Origin: Gemmatimonadota bacterium
GTDB taxonomy: Bacteria > Gemmatimonadota > Gemmatimonadetes > Gemmatimonadales > GWC2-71-9
Assembly: GCA_039586365.1 (NCBI GenBank)
Contig: JBDHKN010000017.1
Span: 20,735-84,734, forward strand
DNA: 64,000 bases
Direction: 5' to 3'
Shown here: positions 10,416-19,602 of the stretch, piece after piece
Position numbering within the stretch: the stretch's first letter is position 1
Layout of the letters: every line of letters starts with the position of its first letter
Program-made: the position numbers and the translations under genes
Notes under the pieces: generated by a model
The model's input: only the letters and a program-made list of their open reading frames with translations
Database searches by the model: none
What the model was told of the DNA's origin: nothing

Positions 10416-11383
10416 TGGGTGATGTCATAGCGATACTAGAGCAGCGCAACGGTACTCTCAAGCGGGTCTGCAATGAGACGCTCACCGCAGCGCGAGCGCT
10501 AGCTGACGAGTTGAGCGGTGAAGTATATGCGCTTGTCATCGGACCACCCGGGGTGAGTGTAGACGGCCTCGGTGAATACGGAGCTGATAGAGTCCTGGTT
10601 TGCGCGGATAGCGCGCTTGAGCTCTACCAGGGCACGAGGTACGCTCAGATAGCAGCCGCGTTGGCTGGGAAGCACGAGTCTGAGGCGGTCGTGCTTGCCG
10701 CCACGGCTTTCGGCAAGGATCTGGGACCACGTATAGCTGCTAAGCTGGGTTGTCCGTTTGCTGGTGATGTCACGAGTATTTCGGCAGGCGACGGAATCGT
10801 CGTCACGCGTCCGGCCTTCTCCGGCAAGGCAACGTTCAGACTCAAGATCGTGGCCCAGCGATGTGTGATTTCGATCCGGCCCAACGCCGTAACGCCTGTT
10901 GCGGTCGCTAAGGGAGGTGTGGTCGAACAAGTGACCCCTGGTGAAGGCGATGTGGTAGGAGCAACCACCGTTGCGGTCAAGGAGCCGGAGAGAATGGCGC
11001 TGGACGTCGCGGAAGCCTCGGTTGTCGTTGCCGGGGGTCGTGGGCTCAAAGAGCCAGAGCACTTTCGTCTGATCGAAGAGCTAGCTGCGGTTCTTGACGG
11101 CGCTGTAGGAGCGTCTCGGGCGGTTGTCGATGCTGGGTGGCGGCCTCACTCGGAGCAGGTTGGTCAGACTGGAAAGACGGTGAGCCCGAACCTCTATATC
11201 GCTATCGGCCTCTCGGGAGCGATTCAGCACCTCGCCGGAATGCGGACCTCGAAGGTGATAGTAGCAATCAATCGTGACAAGGACGCCCCGATATTCAAAG
11301 TCGCTGACTACGGCTTAGTGGGTGATCTGTTCGAGATTGTGCCTCGACTCACTGAGGAAGTCAAGAAGGTTCGCGGGAGCTGA
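10415..11383 (+). CDS. etfA: Electron transfer flavoprotein alpha subunit
   Basis: GGRG, GASRAVVDAGW, QVGQTGKTV, SGAIQHLAGM. Confidence 0.95.
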   Translation: MGDVIAILEQRNGTLKRVCNETLTAARALADELSGEVYALVIGPPGVSVDGLGEYGADRVLVCADSALELYQGTRYAQIAAALAGKHESEAVVLAATAFGKDLGPRIAAKLGCPFAGDVTSISAGDGIVVTRPAFSGKATFRLKIVAQRCVISIRPNAVTPVAVAKGGVVEQVTPGEGDVVGATTVAVKEPERMALDVAEASVVVAGGRGLKEPEHFRLIEELAAVLDGAVGASRAVVDAGWRPHSEQVGQTGKTVSPNLYIAIGLSGAIQHLAGMRTSKVIVAINRDKDAPIFKVADYGLVGDLFEIVPRLTEEVKKVRGS

Positions 11384-11387
11384 CGCC

Positions 11388-13049
11388 GTGAGCAAACAGG
11401 TTGTGGTCCCAGCGATATTCCAGGAGGCACTACCACGCGACCAGCTCATCTTGGACGGAGAACTCGATGAAGAGCGCATCGACGTGGATGTGCTCTTCGT
11501 GGGCGGAGGCCCTGCCGGTCTGGCGGGAGCAGTCGCCCTCGCCCAGCTGGTCAGGCAAGGCAACGAAGCGGGTGAAGGACTGGGAGATGTAACCATCGGG
11601 GTGTTGGAGAAGGCTGGGGCGCTGGGCGAACACTCTCTGTCTGGAGCCGTTCTAAACCCAGGCCCGTTTCGAGAGCTGTTCCCTGATCTGGCAGATTCTG
11701 ATTTCCCGTTTCGCACCCCGGTTGCCAAGGAAACGATCCATCTCCTCTCGGCGAAGGGGTCCACCCGTCTACCAACGCCACCTACGATGCGTAACCATGG
11801 GAACTTCGTGGTTTCGATATGCGAGGTGGTTAGGTGGTTGGGTGATAAGGCAGAAGAACTTGGTGTGGACATCTTCGCCGGGTTCCCAGCCGGTGCGCTG
11901 CGCGTCGCCGGAACGCGAGTCGTCGGAGTACGGACCGTTGCGTCCGGACTGGAGAGAGACGGGAACCCCGGGCCCAATTACATGCCCCCGACGGACATAG
12001 CGGCCAAGGTTACTGCCCTTGCAGAAGGATCTAGGGGACTTCTGTCGCAAGTCTACGCGGAGTGGCAGGGGATTGGATCGGCGAATCCCCAGGTCTTCGC
12101 GCTCGGCGTAAAGGAACTTTGGGAAACAAGGCAGCCGCTGGACAGGGTAATTCATACCATGGGATGGCCGCTGCAGAAGGACGCGTTCGGCGGAAGCTTC
12201 ATGTATCCGCTGGAGCCGAATCTGATCGCCCTGGGGCTGGTGGTTGGACTCGACTACCGCAGTGCCGAGCTCGACGTGCACGAACTGCTCCAAATCATGA
12301 AACTGCATCCATCCTTCAGGCCATACCTGGAGGGGGGTGAGATGGTCGAGTGGGGCGCTAAGACCATCCCTGAAGGTGGCTACCACGCAATCCCGGCGCG
12401 AAGGTGTGGGGATGGAGTCGTGATTCTCGGTGACTCGGCGGGCTTCGTGGACGTACCGTCACTCAAAGGGATCCACTACGCCATGCAGTCAGGCATTCTG
12501 GCTGCACGTGCGATCTATAAGGCGCTCAAGAACGGCGATGTGTCGCAGGGTGCGCTGGCGGAGTACGATCGGTTGGTGGACGAGTCATATATCCTGCGCG
12601 ACCTATACCGAACCCGCAACATGCGGCCTGCATTCAAGCACGGTTTCTACTCGGGGGCTGTTCGAGCGGGCCTTATGGCGCTAACGAAGGGTCGGTTTCC
12701 AGGCCGCAGAATCGAGATGGAGGCAGATGCACGGGTGCCGCGGCGGGTTGAGACTCCCAAGGGCTTCACCCCCGACGGAGAACTGACTTTCAGCAAGGTT
12801 GATGCGGTGTTCAAATCGGGCAACGTGACTCGCGACACGATACCCTCCCATCTTGTCGTGGGCGGCGACGTGAGCGCGGATGTGGCCGAGTTCTACGCTC
12901 GCATGTGCCCGGCCGGCGTTTACGAGCGGCTGGCCGATGAGTTGCAGGTCAACGCACCGAACTGCGTCGATTGCAAGGCTACAGACGTGCTGGGCCCTCG
13001 CTGGCAGCCAAGGGAGGGTGGATCCGGACCGGTTTACAGGAGGATGTGA
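11388..13049 (+). CDS. ETF:quinone oxidoreductase (FixC/ETF-QO family)
   Basis: VGGGPAGL FAD motif, LSGAVL, GAKTIPEGG, KGIHYAMQSG, C-terminal CPAGVY/CVDC; follows etfBA. Confidence 0.9.
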   Translation: MSKQVVVPAIFQEALPRDQLILDGELDEERIDVDVLFVGGGPAGLAGAVALAQLVRQGNEAGEGLGDVTIGVLEKAGALGEHSLSGAVLNPGPFRELFPDLADSDFPFRTPVAKETIHLLSAKGSTRLPTPPTMRNHGNFVVSICEVVRWLGDKAEELGVDIFAGFPAGALRVAGTRVVGVRTVASGLERDGNPGPNYMPPTDIAAKVTALAEGSRGLLSQVYAEWQGIGSANPQVFALGVKELWETRQPLDRVIHTMGWPLQKDAFGGSFMYPLEPNLIALGLVVGLDYRSAELDVHELLQIMKLHPSFRPYLEGGEMVEWGAKTIPEGGYHAIPARRCGDGVVILGDSAGFVDVPSLKGIHYAMQSGILAARAIYKALKNGDVSQGALAEYDRLVDESYILRDLYRTRNMRPAFKHGFYSGAVRAGLMALTKGRFPGRRIEMEADARVPRRVETPKGFTPDGELTFSKVDAVFKSGNVTRDTIPSHLVVGGDVSADVAEFYARMCPAGVYERLADELQVNAPNCVDCKATDVLGPRWQPREGGSGPVYRRM

Positions 13050-13099
13050 GAGGACCCTCGGTTCGCTTCAGTGCGAGGTCTGCAGGGTAGAGGGAAGTG

Positions 13100-14770
13100 C
13101 TACCTCCTCCGCTCGTCCATCAGAATCTGGTCGAATGGGTCGATGGTTGGCTCCAGGTGCGCAGGGACACTCAGAGTGCCGCGCGCACCGGGCATCGGCA
13201 CGCGGTGGATTTGCCGGCCAACCAGCACGTCCACCGGCAGGGGAAACTCAAGCCCACCCGGGATTTGCCAAGCTAGTTCCAGAGTATTCCCACGTCTGCT
13301 GCTCCTCAGGCGAGGCAATTGTGGCTGACGGACATAGACCTCGAAGAACCAGTCTAGCTCCAGGCCAGATATCTTCTCGGCCATAGCCAGGAAATCATCA
13401 GTCGTTGCGAACCGCGTTTGCCCACCGTCCGTCACGCTCTCCATCGCAGGATCTGGATAGGCCATCCGTCGCAGTATGTACCGGAAGTCCTCGTCGCCAA
13501 CGAGATAGCGCAGGGTATGGAGTACCCAGGCACCTTTGAAGTAGATGTCGCCGCCGTAGATTTGCTTGGCTGACCTGGATTGGCGCGGCGCTAGTGCAGA
13601 GCGGTTCGAGATATTGTGCCGCAAGTTTGCGAGGTACTCTCGAGCAGCATCCACTCCTTGCGATTGCTCCAGGTACAGTGGCTGCATGTAGGACCCAAAA
13701 CCCTCGTGGAGCCACATGTCGCTCCAATCTGAGTTGGTCACTAGGTTTCCCCACCACTCGTGCGACAGTTCGTGGTGGTGCAGAGCATCAAACCCCCAGT
13801 CGACTCCATCAGTCATAGCCCCATTCATGAACTTGCCACCGTAGGCTATGATAGTCTGGTGCTCCATCCCGAGATGCGGAGTCTCGACAACGCCGTACTT
13901 GTCAGCCCGAAACGGATATGGACCTGCCACGTCCTCGAAAAACCGTAAGTGGTCGAGAATCTCGGGGAGAAGGCGTGCTGCCTTCTCATAGCTCTGCGGC
14001 AGGGTCCAGAATACAACCGGGAACACTTCGCCGGTGATGCTTGTGAAGCTGTCCTCGACCGCGCGGTAAGGTGCGATATTCAGAGCGACGTTGTAGCTGT
14101 TGATCGGAGTTGAGACAAACCAGTGGTAGGTACTGGTGTGGTCCGGGTGATGGTCCACCCCCGTCAACCTCCCGTTGCTCGCGACCACCAACGGGTCAGG
14201 GACAGTGACGTGAAGCGCCATCGAGTCGGGCTCATCTGAGGGATGATCCTTGCTGGGCCACCAGATGTCCGGCCCCTCCTGTTGGCAGGTTGTTGCGATC
14301 CAAGGTTCTCCGCTGGGGGTCCTCGACCAAGTGAATCCCCCGCTCCATGGCGGATTCGGCGCAATGCGCGGCTTGCCACCGTAGGTCACTTGAACGGTGA
14401 TCCGGTCACCGATGGTCCTGGTCCCAGGCAGTTCGATCCAGGTCTTCCCGCGACGCCGCTCGAAAGTCAGAGAGGTTCCCGATGCGGTGGGGGCCTGCAA
14501 AACGACCTCCCCGATGCCGAGCCGCTCATCGAGATCGAGTACCAGCTGATCCAACCGGGCGATTACGTCGGCCACGACTGTGAGGGTCCCGGCAATGGTG
14601 CTGTCCGAGGGTGTCACTCGCAGCCTGAGGTCGTAGAACGTGACGTCATAAGCAGCCTGTTCCGGTATTAGGGGCCCACCCGAATCGTAGGTGCCAACCT
14701 GAGAAACCGGGCTACGAGGCGCTATGGCCGCGACTAGTATCGACAGAAGAACGACTGACATTGATCTCAT
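13100..14770 (-). CDS. Secreted M1 family aminopeptidase
   Basis: Signal peptide, GMEH, HELSHEWWG...WLHEG zinc motif, IYFKGAWVLHTLR. Confidence 0.9.
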   Translation of the reverse strand: MRSMSVVLLSILVAAIAPRSPVSQVGTYDSGGPLIPEQAAYDVTFYDLRLRVTPSDSTIAGTLTVVADVIARLDQLVLDLDERLGIGEVVLQAPTASGTSLTFERRRGKTWIELPGTRTIGDRITVQVTYGGKPRIAPNPPWSGGFTWSRTPSGEPWIATTCQQEGPDIWWPSKDHPSDEPDSMALHVTVPDPLVVASNGRLTGVDHHPDHTSTYHWFVSTPINSYNVALNIAPYRAVEDSFTSITGEVFPVVFWTLPQSYEKAARLLPEILDHLRFFEDVAGPYPFRADKYGVVETPHLGMEHQTIIAYGGKFMNGAMTDGVDWGFDALHHHELSHEWWGNLVTNSDWSDMWLHEGFGSYMQPLYLEQSQGVDAAREYLANLRHNISNRSALAPRQSRSAKQIYGGDIYFKGAWVLHTLRYLVGDEDFRYILRRMAYPDPAMESVTDGGQTRFATTDDFLAMAEKISGLELDWFFEVYVRQPQLPRLRSSRRGNTLELAWQIPGGLEFPLPVDVLVGRQIHRVPMPGARGTLSVPAHLEPTIDPFDQILMDERRR

Positions 14771-14792
14771 CGTGCTCGCCCGCCGTGTTCAA

Positions 14793-16277
14793 TCACTCAG
14801 ACTTGCAGGTGCGCGTGATCCTACTGACCGCAAGCATCACAATCAGACATAGAAAGATGGGCAATATGCTCGGGTAGCGTGGCCCGAGCACCTGACCCAG
14901 AAGAGCGTTTCCACTACTGCCTAACAGGGTTCTGAGCAGACTGCCACCGTGCATCTCACCGAGTATGGCGGTAGTACCACCCACCACGACGGCCCACATT
15001 GCACCAGTAGACGTGATACCGAGCCGGCCTCGGTAGAGGCTTGCCAGGGTTGGGAACACTACTCCTCCCACAAATACGGTGTAACCCAGTAGTAGGGACG
15101 CAATGATCTCTTGTTGGAAGCCAGCAATCAACCACGCAACCAATCCAACTCCGATCAGTGCAACCTTGGTGAGCATCAGTTGCCGTGGTCGTGACATGGG
15201 CTTGCACGCACCAGCAACGTTGAGAGACAGGATGGTTGACGCAGAAATAAGCGTCGTGTCTGCCGAGGACATGATGGCGGCCAGGAATCCGGCTGTGATC
15301 AGACCGGTGAGTCCCACTGGTACTAGTTCCCGCAGAGCTGTGGGCAAGGCAGCCTCCGGGGCTAGGCTTGGGTACTGTGCGCGAATCAAGACCCCGAGTA
15401 GCGCTAAGAAGAAGGAAATGGGAATGACAACGGCGGCGGCAAGTAGCGCGGACCGTTTGGCAGCGGCATCATCCCGAGCGCAGAATATTCGGGAGTAGAT
15501 GTCGGGTCCCACTAGGTAAGGCAACCCCACAACGAGCGGATAGAAGACCACCAGATCGTACCACCCAAATTGCTCCGAAATCGGAAATCGTAGGTGCTCG
15601 CTCGGCGCAGATGCGAAGCTGGACAGAAGTCCGTCCTGGGCCGCGAGGGCGACAACAGCAAAACAGGTCAGCAGTCCACCCAAGAACAACGCAAGCTGCC
15701 AAGAATCGGTTCTGATGACCGATAGCTGTCCCCCCCAGAACGTGTACAGGACAAACACTGCAGCTACCACAGTGAGTACCGAACTGAAATCAAGCGGGGA
15801 AATACTGCTCAGGAGTCGAGCCGCCGCAATCATTTGGGCAGACACTATGCCGCACCAGGCTATCACGATCATGATTGCAGCCGGGACCGCCACTTGGTTG
15901 CCGAACGCCCTCTTCAGGATGTCTGGTAGCGTGTAGACATTGAGCGATCTTACACGAGCCGCGAGGACTAGCCCAAATGGAAGGAGTGCTGCCGCTCCTA
16001 TCAGCGACCACCACGCTGCAGTGAGGCCGCGCGAGTAGCCCATGCCAATGATACCGATGGTCGAAGATGCTCCGAAGATGGTGGCAACAAGGGAGATCGT
16101 GATTCGTCGGGTTCCGTATTGACGCCGTGCCACCCAATACGACTCCGCGGACTGGCCACGAGAGAGCCAGCCCACTAGAAGCATGACAAACAGGTATCCA
16201 CCTACGATGATTGCATCGACCACGGTCGGAACGCCGGCTTCTCCTAGCTGAATTCGCGCACGGAGATCATTTGACAA
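14793..16277 (-). CDS. Sodium:solute symporter (SSS family)
   Basis: About 13 TM segments, YWVARR, YTLPDIL, YTFWGG, AAIMSSADT; start may be GTG at 16223. Confidence 0.9.
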   Translation of the reverse strand: MSNDLRARIQLGEAGVPTVVDAIIVGGYLFVMLLVGWLSRGQSAESYWVARRQYGTRRITISLVATIFGASSTIGIIGMGYSRGLTAAWWSLIGAAALLPFGLVLAARVRSLNVYTLPDILKRAFGNQVAVPAAIMIVIAWCGIVSAQMIAAARLLSSISPLDFSSVLTVVAAVFVLYTFWGGQLSVIRTDSWQLALFLGGLLTCFAVVALAAQDGLLSSFASAPSEHLRFPISEQFGWYDLVVFYPLVVGLPYLVGPDIYSRIFCARDDAAAKRSALLAAAVVIPISFFLALLGVLIRAQYPSLAPEAALPTALRELVPVGLTGLITAGFLAAIMSSADTTLISASTILSLNVAGACKPMSRPRQLMLTKVALIGVGLVAWLIAGFQQEIIASLLLGYTVFVGGVVFPTLASLYRGRLGITSTGAMWAVVVGGTTAILGEMHGGSLLRTLLGSSGNALLGQVLGPRYPSILPIFLCLIVMLAVSRITRTCKSE

Positions 16278-16347
16278 ACGCCCTTTGTGTCTCCACCCTC
16301 ATGGGGACCATCACGATTCTCATGGAACACAACCTGCTATAAAGGCA

Positions 16348-17316
16348 ATGGTAAGCTTCACCGACAGCATCGGCTTTGCTGAGCGTGTCACCGGAGTGGC
16401 AGCTAGTCGTTGGTCGGCGCCCAGTCCAACGCTGGTCTCGGAAGTCCTGCGGCTCAGTGAGAGCATCTATGGCGGCGCCGCGTTCCATGAATCTACATTC
16501 GAAATCGGACCGTTGTGGAACTACCTGTTCCTCGTCGAGGCGGCGTCCCATTCACATTTCGACCGCCTCGTGGAGCTCGGTCGCCGAGGGTCAGTCCTTC
16601 CTTCAGGGATCCTGTGCTTGGCTGGCTCGGGGAAACAATTCCACGGCTTCAATGGTCGGCCCTGGTCCGCTCCGCCAGGCAACATCTATTTGGCAGTATA
16701 TCTAGCTCCGCACCAGCCGATCGACCACGCAGGTACAGCCTTCACAGTTCTGGCCGCAGTCTCGGTATTGGACGCGATAGACGATGTGCCCGCACTGCAT
16801 GGCCGAGCAGGAATCAAGTGGGTTAATGACGTCTTGATAGACAACGCCAAGGTGGCGGGTGTGCTCGCTTACACGCAAAGTGAAGGAGATGCCATTACGG
16901 GAGTGGTGTTGGGTATTGGATTGAACGTGGAGACGACGCCACTTGTCGAATCCACACCTTTCGTGCCACGAGTTGGTTCTCTCCGTGAGTTTGTCCCCGA
17001 GGCCGAGCGCTGCGACCAACACATGGTATTCCAGCGACTCATTATCGCCCTGGAGTCGAACTACAGCACTCTGGTGGGTGGCGACTACGCGGTTCTCTTG
17101 GATCGATATCGGCAACGTTCCGTGGCAGTAGATCGCCATGTGACGCTCTGTTCTGAAGCGTCTGCTGGTGATGAAGGAGTGGTTGCAAGGGGTCGAGTCA
17201 TAGGCTTGAGCGATGATTTGGCGCTGGAAATCGAGGGCCATGACAAACCGTTTTCGAAAGGTAGGTTGATACTAGATCCGGGCCTGCGAAGCCAATCCGA
17301 ACTGGGGCGGCAGTGA
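16348..17316 (+). CDS. Divergent biotin-[carboxylase] ligase (BPL/BirA catalytic domain, no HTH)
   Basis: GRPWSAPPGNIY, IKWVNDVL, KVAGVL, LGIGLNV motifs; GRGR loop is non-canonical. Confidence 0.8.
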   Translation: MVSFTDSIGFAERVTGVAASRWSAPSPTLVSEVLRLSESIYGGAAFHESTFEIGPLWNYLFLVEAASHSHFDRLVELGRRGSVLPSGILCLAGSGKQFHGFNGRPWSAPPGNIYLAVYLAPHQPIDHAGTAFTVLAAVSVLDAIDDVPALHGRAGIKWVNDVLIDNAKVAGVLAYTQSEGDAITGVVLGIGLNVETTPLVESTPFVPRVGSLREFVPEAERCDQHMVFQRLIIALESNYSTLVGGDYAVLLDRYRQRSVAVDRHVTLCSEASAGDEGVVARGRVIGLSDDLALEIEGHDKPFSKGRLILDPGLRSQSELGRQ

Positions 17317-17527
17317 CCTCTTGGCAGGACCCCAACCGGAGATTAGATAACGTGGGGAACAGCGGCATCTCATAGTGCCTACCGAGCGTTTCGGTCGGTC
17401 GGGCAGCGAATCTAGTGTTGAAGGCCTGTCGGAGCTTCCGACCGAATGCTCCCTTTAGAGGATTCGACGGCTCCGCGTGACTCGTTATGAGACGCTGTGG
17501 AGTTCCACAGACAAGGGAGAGACGATA

Positions 17528-17740
17528 ATGGGGCCCCCTAATATGCTGTTGATTTGTGTCTCGGCATTCACTGCCGTATTTGTGCTGCTAACATTGCTGG
17601 CCCTGGCAATGCGCAGTCTCATCGCTGTCTTCCCGGAGAGATTGGCAAAGGTCGATCCGGCCCTGCTAGCCGCCGTGAGCGCTACTGTCTCGGCCGTATT
17701 CCCGGGAACCAAGATCACGAGAGTCGAGGAGGAAAAATGA
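17528..17740 (+). CDS. oadG: Na+-translocating decarboxylase gamma subunit
   Basis: Small protein with one TM helix (VFVLLTLLAL) and AAVSA motif; ATGA overlap with the alpha subunit; AGGGAG RBS. Confidence 0.75.
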   Translation: MGPPNMLLICVSAFTAVFVLLTLLALAMRSLIAVFPERLAKVDPALLAAVSATVSAVFPGTKITRVEEEK

Positions 17741-19590
17741 TATTCACCGCATCCGGCAAGAAGATCCGGGTGATGTTCACCCCGTTTCGGGACGGCTTGC
17801 AGAGTTCGTTTGGTGGTAAAGTCCGGATACAGGACATCCTTCCTGCGATGGAGGCATCCGCGGCGGCAGGCATACGGCACTTCGAGTTCGGTGGTGGCGC
17901 TCGCTACCAAGCACCCTATTTCTACCTCGGTGAGAACCCGTTCGACGACATGCGCAAGATGCGGCAGGCGGTCGGACCGGACGTCGACTTGCAGATTCTC
18001 ACCCGCTCGGTTTCTGGAGTAACTCTCACTACTCAGAGTATTGATGGCCTGCAGCTACAGGCTAGGCTGATGAAGGCGGCGGGCACGACGTGGGATCGCA
18101 ACTTCGATTACATGAACGACGTAGAGAATCTGGTAAAAACCGGTAAGCCCATTATTGACGTGGGCATGCACCACCAGGTCTGCATTGCTCTCATGGGGTT
18201 GCCATTTCACTCGGACCGGGTACACACGCCGGAGTTCTACATCAACATCGGACGGCGGTTGCTCGAGAGTGGAATGCACATCGGCAGTATCTGCATGAAG
18301 GATGCTAGTGGCACTACTGATCCCAAGACGATCTACGATACTGCGGTCGGTCTGAAGAAGATCATGCCGCCCGAAATGCCGCTCTGGATGCACACGCACG
18401 ACACGGCGAGCACAGCGGTTGCCTGCTACATGGCCGCTATCGCAGGTGGGGCTGATGGTGTGGACTTGTCGGTGCGACCGTTTGCCAGCGGTACCGTGCA
18501 ACCAGACGCTCGGTCGCTGGCACATGGACTGAAAGGTACCGGATACCAACTCGAGATCGACGTATCGAAACTGTCGGACATCGAGGGCATGCTGAACGAC
18601 CTATTGAAGGACTATGACTTCAACCCTACTACCACCACTCCGGACGCCCGGGTACTGGGTTTCCCGATGCCTGGTGGAGCCATCGGGCCGAACGTGCACA
18701 TGATGGCCAAGGCTGGGATCCTTGAGAAGTACGGCGACGTGTTGGCCGAGTTTCCCGTTGTGGTGGAGGCTGGCGGGGCTTGGACGAGTGTTACGCCCGG
18801 CAGTCAACAGTACTGGCTGCAGGCATTCAACAACGTCCTCTACGGGCGCTGGAAGAAGATCGATCCTGGTTATGGCAAGGCGGTTTTGGGCTACTTCGGT
18901 AAGACGCCACTGCCTCCGGATGCAGAAGTAGTCAAGTATGCCTCACAGCAGCTCAACATGCCGGTGTTCGATGGGGATCCGTTGGAGGCCGCTCCGAAGA
19001 ACATCGACCCTGCGAAGCAGGCGCTCGAGGAACGTAACCTCCCCGTAACGGATGAGAACATCTTTTTGGTGATGGCAGCGATGGTTCCGGGCAAGAAGTT
19101 GGAAACCAACGAGGGCATCCGCCTGCTGGCCGGAAACCCGAAGATCGATGTACCACTGAAGAAGAAGCAAGAGGTCGCGGCTCCCGCAGCCGTGACAGCA
19201 GCGCCGGTAGTGGCTGCGCCAAGCCTCACGGGGCCTATTACCACGACGTGCACGGTAGAGGAAAACGGTGCCAAACGGAGATTCGTGGTTACGCTTGAAC
19301 CGACCGGAGTCGGGGGCGTGAGTCCGGCGGCTGGTGCCCCAGAGCCTATCGCTGCGGCGGCCGCGACAGACGGAACACCGGTGTTCTCGACGTTCGCCGG
19401 TTTCGTGGAGGTCGTCGACATCCTGGTGCAAGTCGGAGACAGTGTCAGCAAGGGGACTGCGGTTGCCGCCGTGGAAGCCATGAAGGCGAAGCACGATATC
19501 AAAGCCCCGCGAGATGGCAGGGTCAGCGCCATACACGCGAAGATCGGCGATGAGATCGATTCTTCCAAGCCGATCCTGACGATCGCCTGA
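17737..19590 (+). CDS. oadA: Oxaloacetate decarboxylase alpha / pyruvate carboxylase B-type carboxyltransferase with biotin carrier domain
   Basis: FRDGLQS, GGGAR, CMKDASG, HTH metal motif, MPGG, VTPGSQ, Ala/Pro linker, C-terminal EAMK. Confidence 0.88.
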   Translation: MIFTASGKKIRVMFTPFRDGLQSSFGGKVRIQDILPAMEASAAAGIRHFEFGGGARYQAPYFYLGENPFDDMRKMRQAVGPDVDLQILTRSVSGVTLTTQSIDGLQLQARLMKAAGTTWDRNFDYMNDVENLVKTGKPIIDVGMHHQVCIALMGLPFHSDRVHTPEFYINIGRRLLESGMHIGSICMKDASGTTDPKTIYDTAVGLKKIMPPEMPLWMHTHDTASTAVACYMAAIAGGADGVDLSVRPFASGTVQPDARSLAHGLKGTGYQLEIDVSKLSDIEGMLNDLLKDYDFNPTTTTPDARVLGFPMPGGAIGPNVHMMAKAGILEKYGDVLAEFPVVVEAGGAWTSVTPGSQQYWLQAFNNVLYGRWKKIDPGYGKAVLGYFGKTPLPPDAEVVKYASQQLNMPVFDGDPLEAAPKNIDPAKQALEERNLPVTDENIFLVMAAMVPGKKLETNEGIRLLAGNPKIDVPLKKKQEVAAPAAVTAAPVVAAPSLTGPITTTCTVEENGAKRRFVVTLEPTGVGGVSPAAGAPEPIAAAAATDGTPVFSTFAGFVEVVDILVQVGDSVSKGTAVAAVEAMKAKHDIKAPRDGRVSAIHAKIGDEIDSSKPILTIA

Positions 19591-19602
19591 AGAGGCTAGT
19601 CA

